Source: Nanobdellota archaeon
GTDB lineage: Archaea > Nanobdellota > Nanobdellia > Pacearchaeales > GW2011-AR1
DNA length: 64,000 bases
Direction of reading: 5' to 3'
Assembly: GCA_018817905.1 (NCBI GenBank)
Contig: JAHISS010000087.1
Coordinates: forward strand, 985-64,984
Numbering within the stretch: position 1 is the stretch's first letter; each line of letters begins with the position of its first letter. A program made the translations under genes and the position numbers. Below the pieces are notes generated by a model, which saw only the letters and a program-made list of their open reading frames with translations, was not told where the DNA came from and did no database searches. Positions 1 through 7,772 of this stretch are shown here, in pieces.

Positions 1-186
1 TATTATGTAAGAGGTGAGACCTTTTTCTATTAGCTTGTTAGTCAGTTGGTACATTAGAGTTCTGTCGAGGTTTGTTTTTTGTGCTAACGCGGTTGCTGTT
101 GTTTCCCCTAGTTCGAGGAGAGCTAAGTAAGTTTTTGCTTCCTTTTCTTCTAGTCCGTAGTTTTCTAGAGTTTTTTGGAGGTTCAT
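1..186 (-). CDS. TrmB-family HTH transcriptional regulator, N-terminal fragment (gene continues beyond window start)
   Basis: Own translation of minus strand from ATG at 186: MNLQKTLENYGLEEKEAKTYLALLELGETTATALAQKTNLDRTLMYQLTNKLIEKGLTSYII. This fits the TrmB N-terminal winged-helix pattern. Absent from the ORF track because it is truncated. Confidence 0.6.
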   Translation of the reverse strand, partial: MNLQKTLENYGLEEKEAKTYLALLELGETTATALAQKTNLDRTLMYQLTNKLIEKGLTSYII

Positions 187-362
187 TGTTTTGTGAGGAT
201 TTTAGGGTTTATAGTTGTTGTGATTTTATCACAACAAGTGTTTAAGTAGTGTTTGTATGACAAATTTATTATGATAACGGAAACAAAAAACACGAGAGAA
301 GAAGGGAAGAAGCTCATGCTTGGTGAGAAAACTGAGGTTGTGAAAGGAGGTAAGATGAGAAA

Positions 363-752
363 GTGACAATTAGAAAAATAATGAGCAGTGATTTAATGGG
401 TAAGGCAGTTATACTAAGTTTAAGTGGCTCGCTGCTTGCTAGTCCGATTAATTATGCGTTGAAGGTTATAGATACCGGGAGATTGAAAACATCTGAACAA
501 TCGCAAGTTTACCAAGCGAGGGCAGATGCGGAAGAACGAGCTCGTCCAGAGAACGTAGCTTATAGACTGCAACTTCAACACCTTGTTGATGTGGATGGGA
601 ATAACCAAGTAAGTCTTCAAGAATACGATGGATTTAGAAAAGTAACTGGAAGGAAACCGTATTTTGATAAATCTCTTGAGGAGGACTTAGAGGGCATGAA
701 TCCAAACGAAGTTAGGAATGCCATAGAAAAATATAGGAAAATGCCAGAGTAA
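363..752 (+). CDS. hypothetical protein (129 aa)
   Basis: GTG start overlapping (GTGA) the stop of a 31-codon micro-ORF (271-366). GGAGGT lies about 11 nt upstream. No family recognised. Arg/Gln/Asp-rich, unlike Lys-rich neighbours. Confidence 0.45.
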   Translation: MTIRKIMSSDLMGKAVILSLSGSLLASPINYALKVIDTGRLKTSEQSQVYQARADAEERARPENVAYRLQLQHLVDVDGNNQVSLQEYDGFRKVTGRKPYFDKSLEEDLEGMNPNEVRNAIEKYRKMPE

Positions 753-811
753 TTTTGTACAAAACAAAATTTACTTTTAATTTTGCTAAATTCAAGTCGA
801 AGAGTTAGAAA

Positions 812-1339
812 CTAAGCAACATTAAAAACTTTCCTGAAAATAGTTGTGAAAATCATGCTGAAAATTATGTAAGCCCAGAACCAGCTGAGCAGGCCGAATA
901 TTTTTATTGGATTGGCTGTGAAGTAATCGTTAAACCATCTGAAGAAAAGGATAATTGGGATTGAGGTGTACATAATCGGTCTGAGCGTTATCTCAAATGT
1001 CCTTGGGATAAACTGGAGTTGTTTCTTCTGGAGCTCCATCATTTTTTCTGGGTGGTCTTTGTATTTTTTAATTTCTTCCTGAAGAATTTTTTGTTCTTTC
1101 TTTATTTGTCTAAGAGTTTCCTGGTCTGTCGTGTATTTTTGAATTAACGTGATGAAAAGGGAAATTGCGGCTGCAAAAAGCAAAATTCCGACGTTGGCGC
1201 TCCAGTTAAGAAGTTTTCCACCTGTAGGGTCAAGGATTAAATGAACAGACTGGCTAATCGCCGGAACTTTATTCCAAAACATCGCGATTGCCATGCTAAC
1301 AGCAACAACCAAAAACAAGGACCTCATTGATTTGTTCAT
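812..1339 (-). CDS. DUF106-type membrane protein (archaeal YidC/Oxa1/EMC3-like insertase homologue)
   Basis: 175 aa with TM1, a Lys/Glu coiled coil (RQIKKEQKILQEEIKKYKDHPEKMMELQKKQ), then TM2 and TM3. This family typically follows secY/adk in archaeal r-protein superclusters. Confidence 0.7.
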   Translation of the reverse strand: MNKSMRSLFLVVAVSMAIAMFWNKVPAISQSVHLILDPTGGKLLNWSANVGILLFAAAISLFITLIQKYTTDQETLRQIKKEQKILQEEIKKYKDHPEKMMELQKKQLQFIPRTFEITLRPIMYTSIPIILFFRWFNDYFTANPIKIFGLLSWFWAYIIFSMIFTTIFRKVFNVA

Positions 1340-1398
1340 TTTCTCTTTTGCATGGAAGTTAAGGAAAGTTAGTTTTTAAAATTATTTAATTTGGAGTT

Positions 1399-1722
1399 TT
1401 AAGCACCCTTCGTCTCAGCGTTTTCTGCGTATCTGGTTTGATTAACTATCTTGCTCTCAGGAAGATTCCACCGTGCCCAACACTCTGCCAAAGCATGCAA
1501 CGTCGAACTAACTTCTTCCAAATTTGTAAAGTTTCCTTCCAAAAAACCCCCAACTCTCATCGGATTTTCTCCAAAAAATTCTTGAGTGTCAAGCTCTACT
1601 CTTCCATTCCCACCTTTACCAGCAATACGATAGAGATATCTATACGGTTCTGTTCCAGCGACTACGTAGGAACATTCGTCCGGTGTCCATGCTTCTAATA
1701 TTCTGACTATTTCTGCCATCAA
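1399..1722 (-). CDS. hypothetical protein (107 aa)
   Basis: Clean ORF with no family recognised. Arg 8 vs Lys 3, Trp/Glu/Gly-rich. Compositionally similar to the r-operon insert ORFs. Confidence 0.5.
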   Translation of the reverse strand: MMAEIVRILEAWTPDECSYVVAGTEPYRYLYRIAGKGGNGRVELDTQEFFGENPMRVGGFLEGNFTNLEEVSSTLHALAECWARWNLPESKIVNQTRYAENAETKGA

Positions 1723-1880
1723 AGATTCACAAAACAGCCCTATAAAAATGTTTTGGTTAACCGAACATTTCTAAAAATCATTTTCGCATAAACCTTAACC
1801 GGGTTGGTGATAATTATTATTCAAAAAATTCCGGTGCAGGAATGCTGTAACCGAACATCTTTAAGAGGCGTTACATTTTT

Positions 1881-2249
1881 TCATTTCTTCACAAATTCAA
1901 CATTTTCCAAACCTTCGAATTCCTTATCGCCTGTCAAAAATTTGACGCCCATTTCCCTTGCCATTGTATAAGAAACGCAATCTGTCATTGACATCTTCTT
2001 CTTTTTGTTTTCATAACGAAATTTCATGGCCTTCTTTAGGATTTCAGGATTGGGAAAAATTATCGCAGGTTCAACTTCATCAAGTATTTCTTCCTTATTC
2101 TCGGCCTTCCCAACAATCAACTGGTAAGAAAACTCTGCAAATATAAAATCATTGATTATGATTTCCTTGTCTGTGTATTGGTCGTAATTTGGGTTTTTAT
2201 TTAATATCTCAATCAAAGCATAAGTATCGTAAAGAAACGTCTCAGTCAT
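1881..2249 (-). CDS. vapC: PIN-domain toxin VapC
   Basis: 122 aa. N-terminal acidic motif FLYDTYALIE, then MTDCVSY and FLTGDKEF, typical of PIN. 8-nt overlap with the upstream AbrB-type antitoxin. Confidence 0.8.
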   Translation of the reverse strand: MTETFLYDTYALIEILNKNPNYDQYTDKEIIINDFIFAEFSYQLIVGKAENKEEILDEVEPAIIFPNPEILKKAMKFRYENKKKKMSMTDCVSYTMAREMGVKFLTGDKEFEGLENVEFVKK

Positions 2250-2463
2250 TGTACAAATCCTCTTCCATTTCTTTCATCAGCTGTTCAGTTGGTTTGGAAA
2301 ATTTATGCGCGCCAAATAATTTTCTTAAATTTGGTTTGTGTCTTTGTATGAAAATGGTTATTTCTTGTCCTTGAACTGCCTTGGCTTTTTCAATTGCTTT
2401 TTGAGGCACAACTATGCCGAACGAGTTTCCCCATTTTCTCAATTTCGTTTTTATCTCAATCAT
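2242..2463 (-). CDS. vapB: AbrB/SpoVT-fold antitoxin VapB
   Basis: 73 aa. KLRKWGNSFGIVVPQKAIEKA is the SpoVT/AbrB swapped-hairpin signature. Overlaps the vapC start. Confidence 0.8.
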   Translation of the reverse strand: MIEIKTKLRKWGNSFGIVVPQKAIEKAKAVQGQEITIFIQRHKPNLRKLFGAHKFSKPTEQLMKEMEEDLYND

Positions 2464-2612
2464 GTATAAACAATATAATTAGATTATATAAACTTTTCGT
2501 TTGTGTTCTTAGTAAAAAATCTATCCCTAAAGAATTCAATATTCTTATTTAGGAAAATTGAGAAATAGCTAAGGAGATGGTTTTTTAAATAGCTAATACA
2601 TTCAGATATCTA

Positions 2613-3311
2613 ATGGTAAAAGCGTTTAAGAAAAGAATTCCAGAGCTTGAAGAATTGTTTGAAGATGATAAAATTACTAAGAAATTTGTGGAAAGAGATG
2701 CCAAATTATTTTCTAGGAATGGAAGTTCATATCACAGAGTTAGTAAAGATATTATGACAAATATAAAAATTAAAGAAGGAAAAGTTTTGGATTTAGCATG
2801 CGGATATGGGGGTTTGATAGGGACCTTACAGGAGTATATGGTAAATAGTGATCTTGTTGGAATAGATGGTTCAGAATGGATAATAAAATTAGCTAAAAAA
2901 ACTATTAAATCAAAAAATATTAATTTTAAAGTTGCTCGAGCTGAAAAAATTCCATTTAAAGATGAGTCATTTGATTTAGTTTTATGTAGGGATTCAGTAC
3001 ACCATTTTAAAGACCCAATAAAAATCTTTAAAGAAATGTATAGAGTTACAAAGAAGAGCGGTATAATTTACATTCTTGATTTGAGAAGGGATGTTCCTGA
3101 AAAATTAATTTATGATGGTTTATTAGAGTTTTTCTGGACAAACCCCACCTTTACTACAGAATATCTTTACTCAATTAGGGCATCATATACAATATCTGAA
3201 ATAAGAAAAATACTAAATAAAATTAAAATAAAAAATTATTCATTACATAATTGCAGAGGGATTTCAGATTCCTATTTTAGAACCAGGTGGAAATTAATAA
3301 TTAAAAAGTAA
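2613..3311 (+). CDS. class I SAM-dependent methyltransferase
   Basis: 232 aa. Motif I VLDLACGYGGL, post-I LVGIDGS, and FDLVLCRDSVHHF typical of the Methyltransf_11/25 type. Confidence 0.8.
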   Translation: MVKAFKKRIPELEELFEDDKITKKFVERDAKLFSRNGSSYHRVSKDIMTNIKIKEGKVLDLACGYGGLIGTLQEYMVNSDLVGIDGSEWIIKLAKKTIKSKNINFKVARAEKIPFKDESFDLVLCRDSVHHFKDPIKIFKEMYRVTKKSGIIYILDLRRDVPEKLIYDGLLEFFWTNPTFTTEYLYSIRASYTISEIRKILNKIKIKNYSLHNCRGISDSYFRTRWKLIIKK

Positions 3312-3320
3312 ACAGTCAGA

Positions 3321-3503
3321 TGAGGCTGTCCGACAATACAAAACCAACCCGAATAAATTCATTCTAACAACCTATAAAAATTAGGTGTTAAAAAGACTTA
3401 TCTCCACACGAAATAAAAGATTAGTGTAAATCACAAGCTGAATGTGAACTATTTTAATCAAGGAATCGTCCCTAAATTTTGACTGGATTGTCGGACAGCC
3501 TCA
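3321..3503. repeat. 17-bp perfect inverted repeat pair (TGAGGCTGTCCGACAAT / ATTGTCGGACAGCCTCA) enclosing 149 nt of non-coding DNA
   Basis: Read directly: 3321-3337 is the exact reverse complement of 3487-3503. Lies between the methyltransferase stop and the secY stop. Confidence 0.85.
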
Positions 3504-3572
3504 AGCAATCATTTACTCTTAACCCGAACATTTCTAAGAAATCTTACACTTACAGAACATCTTGTTAATCAA

Positions 3573-4970
3573 TCACCCCATAAACTTTCTTAACGCGGGA
3601 TGCATATCAACTGCGTGTTGTTCTGCAATTCCTTTGTAAAGGTTGTACATAATCATTACCGCGAGCAAGATTGAAGTTCCGCCGGTAAGTGCGCCGAGCA
3701 AGTCTGCTGTTGAAGCAAGCAGGCCGATTGCCAGGCCGCCCATAATTGTCAAAGGCATTATGTATCTTTTCAAAATTGATTCTATAACTCGCGGGTCTTT
3801 TCTAAATCCAGGCAATTGCAGACCAGAACTAAGAATGTTTTTTGCCTGACTTGATTCGTCCATTCCAGAGGTCTTGACCCAGAACACTGCGAAGATTGCT
3901 GCGAAAATCATGTAAAACAAAAGATGGACGACTGCCTGCAAGATGAATCTTGATTGCATACTTCCACGAATTATCGCTTCAACAAGATTTGTGCTGGAAA
4001 TCCAGTAGGCAAAACCAGAAATTGCCGTGCCGTCGACGAAATTCCCAATGAAAGTTGGATGGCCGAGCCAATTTTGCAGCAAGTTTCCGAACAGCTGAAC
4101 ATTTGCAGAAAGGGCTGCGACCAAAATAACTGGAATAACGCTTGAATAGAAAAATGCAAGAGGCCATTTGACGCTGTAGCCGCGGATTCTTTCGTAAGTT
4201 AATGGGATTTCTACTTTTAGAGATTGTGCCCAGACAACGCCGAGGAAAATTACTACTGTTACGGCGATTGCTGCGATTGCAGAAAGTGCGTCGCGCGGCG
4301 CTCCGTTTATCACTGCCTGAATAATCACAAGTGCGTTTCCAGAACAAGGAGTGCCAGCAAAATCAAACAAACAGTTTTCTCCTGTCGGACCGATGAACTG
4401 GAACAATCTTGCAAAAAGAGTCCATGCAACTCCGGCAACAATGAAAAGCGAGACGCCGCCGCCGTTCTTGAATCCATATTTTTGCAAAACTTCATCCATG
4501 TACATTATTGCCAAGCCACCGAGAATTAACTGAAAGATTAAGATAATTGTAAAACCAGGAGCTGCTTGCAAACCGCCCATCACGACATAAACAATTGCTT
4601 CAAAAACAATGAAGAACAAAACGCCTACTTTTTGCAATCCCTGAAAGCGCCTTTTTCCTTCTTCGGTTTTTGTGTCAATGTTAAGAATTCCTGAGCCAGC
4701 AAGAAGCTGTAAAATAATTGATGACATAACTATTGGGCCAATCCCTAAACTAATTATGCTTCCAAACTGCGAGGCGAGAATAACTTGCAAAAATTCCAGA
4801 TTGCCGAGCGCGTTTTTTGACAAGCCGTAAAGGTCAATGTTCGCTAAGACGAAAAAAGCTGAAAGAATAATCAGAGTCCATTTTAGCTTTATGTTGAACG
4901 AAAGCTTTTTCTCTATAGGTTTTTTAACTTCTGGAAAATTGTACAACAGGGTTTGTATGTTGAGTGGCAT
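3573..4970 (-). CDS. secY: preprotein translocase subunit SecY
   Basis: 465 aa polytopic protein of archaeal SecY type (MPLNIQTLLYNFPEVKKP..., 10 TM pattern). Located distal to the r-protein supercluster as usual. Confidence 0.95.
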   Translation of the reverse strand: MPLNIQTLLYNFPEVKKPIEKKLSFNIKLKWTLIILSAFFVLANIDLYGLSKNALGNLEFLQVILASQFGSIISLGIGPIVMSSIILQLLAGSGILNIDTKTEEGKRRFQGLQKVGVLFFIVFEAIVYVVMGGLQAAPGFTIILIFQLILGGLAIMYMDEVLQKYGFKNGGGVSLFIVAGVAWTLFARLFQFIGPTGENCLFDFAGTPCSGNALVIIQAVINGAPRDALSAIAAIAVTVVIFLGVVWAQSLKVEIPLTYERIRGYSVKWPLAFFYSSVIPVILVAALSANVQLFGNLLQNWLGHPTFIGNFVDGTAISGFAYWISSTNLVEAIIRGSMQSRFILQAVVHLLFYMIFAAIFAVFWVKTSGMDESSQAKNILSSGLQLPGFRKDPRVIESILKRYIMPLTIMGGLAIGLLASTADLLGALTGGTSILLAVMIMYNLYKGIAEQHAVDMHPALRKFMG

Positions 4971-5118
4971 GTTATGGAAAGATTATAGAAAGAGGGTTTT
5001 AAAAGATTTGCCTGACTCCATTATCTCCCACGTGTTCATCGGAGATACTGGAAACAAGAAATAGATTTATATACTAAAGTGTCAGTATATTATTAAATAA
5101 ATGGGACTGTGTTAAAAA

Positions 5119-5394
5119 ATGGATAATCCAACATGGAGTGATATTTTCTCGTCTAATGACGTTTCATTAATAGTTGGTAAACAGCAGATGGAAGGATTTG
5201 TTAATGACTTAGGTAATGAGAAAGATGAAAGCGGATTTTTAATAGACTCAAATGATAAAAAGAGAGTGATTTCACAAGACGAGGATGAAATTAAACTAAA
5301 AGAATTGGGGAGCATTTCTTCTGGTTCTAAGATTTTTATAAAAGATAATCTTGCAAGTTATGCGGAGTTCTTAGCCCAGAAAAGAAGTTTGTAG
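5119..5394 (+). CDS. hypothetical acidic protein (91 aa)
   Basis: ORF opposite in strand to secY and the r-operon. 2-nt gap to the next ORF. No family recognised. Confidence 0.5.
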   Translation: MDNPTWSDIFSSNDVSLIVGKQQMEGFVNDLGNEKDESGFLIDSNDKKRVISQDEDEIKLKELGSISSGSKIFIKDNLASYAEFLAQKRSL

Positions 5395-5396
5395 CG

Positions 5397-6263
5397 ATGA
5401 CTGACGTTGTTTCTGTTGTCTTAGCTATTAAAAGTGTTTGGGAAGCAATAAAAGGAACACGAGAGTTAAAAAAAGTTGACCTGCCTTTAGCAATGAACGG
5501 AGAAGCTAGAAAAGATTTTCTAAACAACAATCCCAATTCTACCATAATCAATATAGCCGGTAATTGTTATATCGGAGATAAATCTCAAATAACTCAAGAA
5601 GAAAAGGATAAACTGAAAGAAATTTATAATCCAACAACACAAAGTGAAAAAAATTATGATATAATAGATACTGATTTTTTTGGAAGAATTCAAGAGTTCA
5701 AAAAAGAGCTTCCAGATAACAAGTCAATTAATCCTTTTCTTAAATTTCTTGAGCATGATTTAAGAACAATCTTGAATCTATCAATTTATTCAAAAAAACT
5801 GTTTGATAATAAAGAAGGAGAAAAAGCTCAAAAAGTTAGAGATGATATTGGTAAGCAGTATGGAAAAGGTGGAAGAAAACTTTGTAATTTATATCTTTCG
5901 GGTTATATAGATGGTATGACTGAATTCCTCATACAAGAATATGGGGACAACTTAGAAAAGGTGAAATCAGATATAAACAACAAAATAAGAAAATTTGTTG
6001 AAGATTCCGACTATATTTTTTTCGTACATTCCAGCTCAGATGAAAACCACATATTAAACAATATCCTAGAGTGTATTAATCAGGGCAGACCATACATCGC
6101 AATACATGGCGCTGGACCCACAAATATAAAAAAAGTCAGGAACATAATCTCAAAAATAGAAGGAGAACTTTCCAGTTTCGGATATGATAAAAATGAAGAT
6201 AATAAAAGAACACTTTCGCTCTGCCCTTTACTATACGTGTATTTGACAAAAAAGAAGATTTGA
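5397..6263 (+). CDS. hypothetical protein (288 aa)
   Basis: Long clean ORF coupled to 5119-5394. No motif recognised. Confidence 0.55.
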   Translation: MTDVVSVVLAIKSVWEAIKGTRELKKVDLPLAMNGEARKDFLNNNPNSTIINIAGNCYIGDKSQITQEEKDKLKEIYNPTTQSEKNYDIIDTDFFGRIQEFKKELPDNKSINPFLKFLEHDLRTILNLSIYSKKLFDNKEGEKAQKVRDDIGKQYGKGGRKLCNLYLSGYIDGMTEFLIQEYGDNLEKVKSDINNKIRKFVEDSDYIFFVHSSSDENHILNNILECINQGRPYIAIHGAGPTNIKKVRNIISKIEGELSSFGYDKNEDNKRTLSLCPLLYVYLTKKKI

Positions 6264-6394
6264 TTTAGAAGTTTATAACATTTCGCTGGTTCAATCTGTT
6301 TCCTTATGTAACTTTTCCATTTAAGAAAATACCTGTCTTTTACCAACTGCTTACGCAACAATGTAGCCTGACTCTAATTTCATGAAAGAATAAA

Positions 6395-7085
6395 CGTAAA
6401 CTACCGAGGGCTAAAGCCCTCAGCGTTTTAAGTTGAAAAATCAACAATTCTTTTTTGCATATCTTCGACAAGTTTAGGGGCTGAAGCCCTTTCCCAATGC
6501 TTGTCTTGACAGTCTTCAATGTAGTGCTTCATCGTCTCTTTGTTCACAGCACCGACGCTGCGGTAGAAATGTCCTCCACTCCAAAACTTATTTCCCCACA
6601 GCTTGTTTTTGAAAAGAGAGCTAAAGTGTCTTCGCATCTTGAAAGAACTGTAACCTTTGATTTGTCTGACAAGTTCTATCTCGCTGACAAATCTTACATT
6701 CGCAACAAACAAATGCAAATGATCTGGTCCAAAATTGTATGCAACCAAAACAACTTTCAGTTCATTTAACTTTTCCAGAATGCATGCAAAAGTTAATTCT
6801 GCAACTTGCTCATCTCGAAAAATCTGTCTTCGAAAAGCAGGAGTTAGCTGAATGTGAAAGTTGCTTTCACCGATAGCATTACTGCTCAGAATCAATTCCT
6901 TTTCCATTTTCACCTCCCGTAAGATTTAATTACGAGCAAGGCTACAGCTAACTGCTACGTGCAATGAGCTACAACCAGCTCATTGCTTATGTTCATTCAG
7001 ATTAGAAAAATATTACTGACTCGCTTTTGCGTCGTTGAAATTCAATCCGAGGGTTAAAACCTCACAGGGTTTCTTTCAACTGGCT
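6395..7085 (-). mobile_element. IS200/IS605-family insertion sequence (tnpA only); boundaries approximate
   Basis: Y1 transposase gene flanked by related subterminal hairpins CCGAGGGCTAAAGCCCTCA (6404-6422) and CCGAGGGTTAAAACCTCA (7047-7064). A perfect 10-bp stem hairpin GCAATGAGCT-acaacc-AGCTCATTGC (6961-6986) sits just upstream of tnpA. Confidence 0.6.
6428..6913 (-). CDS. tnpA: IS200/IS605-family Y1 (HUH) transposase TnpA
   Basis: 161 aa. FHIQLTPAFRRQIF, HUH motif DHLHLFV, IKGYSSFKMRRHF, and catalytic-Tyr region FWSGGHFYRSVG..ETMKHYIEDCQ. Confidence 0.85.
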   Translation of the reverse strand: MKMEKELILSSNAIGESNFHIQLTPAFRRQIFRDEQVAELTFACILEKLNELKVVLVAYNFGPDHLHLFVANVRFVSEIELVRQIKGYSSFKMRRHFSSLFKNKLWGNKFWSGGHFYRSVGAVNKETMKHYIEDCQDKHWERASAPKLVEDMQKRIVDFST

Positions 7086-7312
7086 CGTCCTAAAAACCAG
7101 ATTTGATTAATGATAATTATAGGTGTGGAATGAGAGATTAAAGTTTCTTTTCGTTATGACGGCAAGAATTATTTTCAATAAAGCCTCTGTCTGGGCCACA
7201 TCTTAGGACAAAGATTAATAGATAAGCCTTGTTCGGAGTTGATGGGTAGGGAGGTTATCTTTTTCTTTATTCCGAGGTCCAACACTTTGGCATCAATAAA
7301 CTGCCCAACCAC

Positions 7313-7380
7313 GATAGTCGTCTGGTTTATGAGATAATCATTTGGTGCTGGTGGTGGAACATATTTTTATTCAAGATAAT
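7313..7380 (+). repeat. dispersed intergenic repeat, copy A (about 70 nt)
   Basis: GTCGTCTGGTTTATGAGATAATCAT (7317-7341) is identical over 25 nt to 33951-33975. The following TATTTTTATTCAAGATAAT parallels TATTTTTGTTTAAGATAAAT in the other copy. Confidence 0.8.
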
Positions 7381-7772
7381 TATTTCCCAGAAACCAAAAT
7401 TTCCCCGCCGGCTTTTTTAACTTTGTCAATTGCCGAACTTGAAGCTGCGGACGCTTTTATTGTCAGCTTTTCCTTTACTTCGCCAAGTCCGAGAATCTTG
7501 TAACCCTTGAGTTCGATTTCTTTTTTACCTTTGAACTTTTCCACCAGGTCTCTCAAGTTTATTGTTTTCAGTTTTTTAGAGGGTTCTTTTCTCAAAGTTT
7601 TGTCTTTTCCAAAAGGATATTTGATTAAATTCTTTTTCTGGTCTGCTCGTTTTCCAGTTCCTGCTTTTCCAACTCCTCCCCTGTTTCCAGAACCTCTGGC
7701 TTTTTTCTTAAATCCTCTTGCAGCTGTGTGCGAACCGCGATGCCTTGTGTTTTTCTTTCTTTTTTTATTCAT
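7380..7772 (-). CDS. rpl15: 50S ribosomal protein uL15
   Basis: 130 aa. MNKKRKKNTRHRGSHTAARGFKKKARGSGNRGGVGKAGTGKR is the uL15 N-terminal signature. Last gene of the cluster. Confidence 0.92.
   Translation of the reverse strand: MNKKRKKNTRHRGSHTAARGFKKKARGSGNRGGVGKAGTGKRADQKKNLIKYPFGKDKTLRKEPSKKLKTINLRDLVEKFKGKKEIELKGYKILGLGEVKEKLTIKASAASSSAIDKVKKAGGEILVSGK

Noticed and set aside
7034-7080. GTTGAAA...TTTCAAC palindrome resembling a CRISPR repeat
   Set aside because: It is a single copy with no spacer-repeat periodicity anywhere in the window and no cas genes. It is better explained as the IS200/IS605 subterminal hairpin region.
6914-7379. Possible tRNA or small RNA gene, or an adk remnant, in the 466-nt non-coding stretch after uL15
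   Set aside because: I found no T-loop (GTTCRANYC) or acceptor-stem pairing by eye. Only tiny ORFs are present (for example MTARIIFNKASVWATS), with no recognisable similarity. The region is explained by the IS end plus repeat copies. A proper tRNAscan/Infernal run is still advisable.
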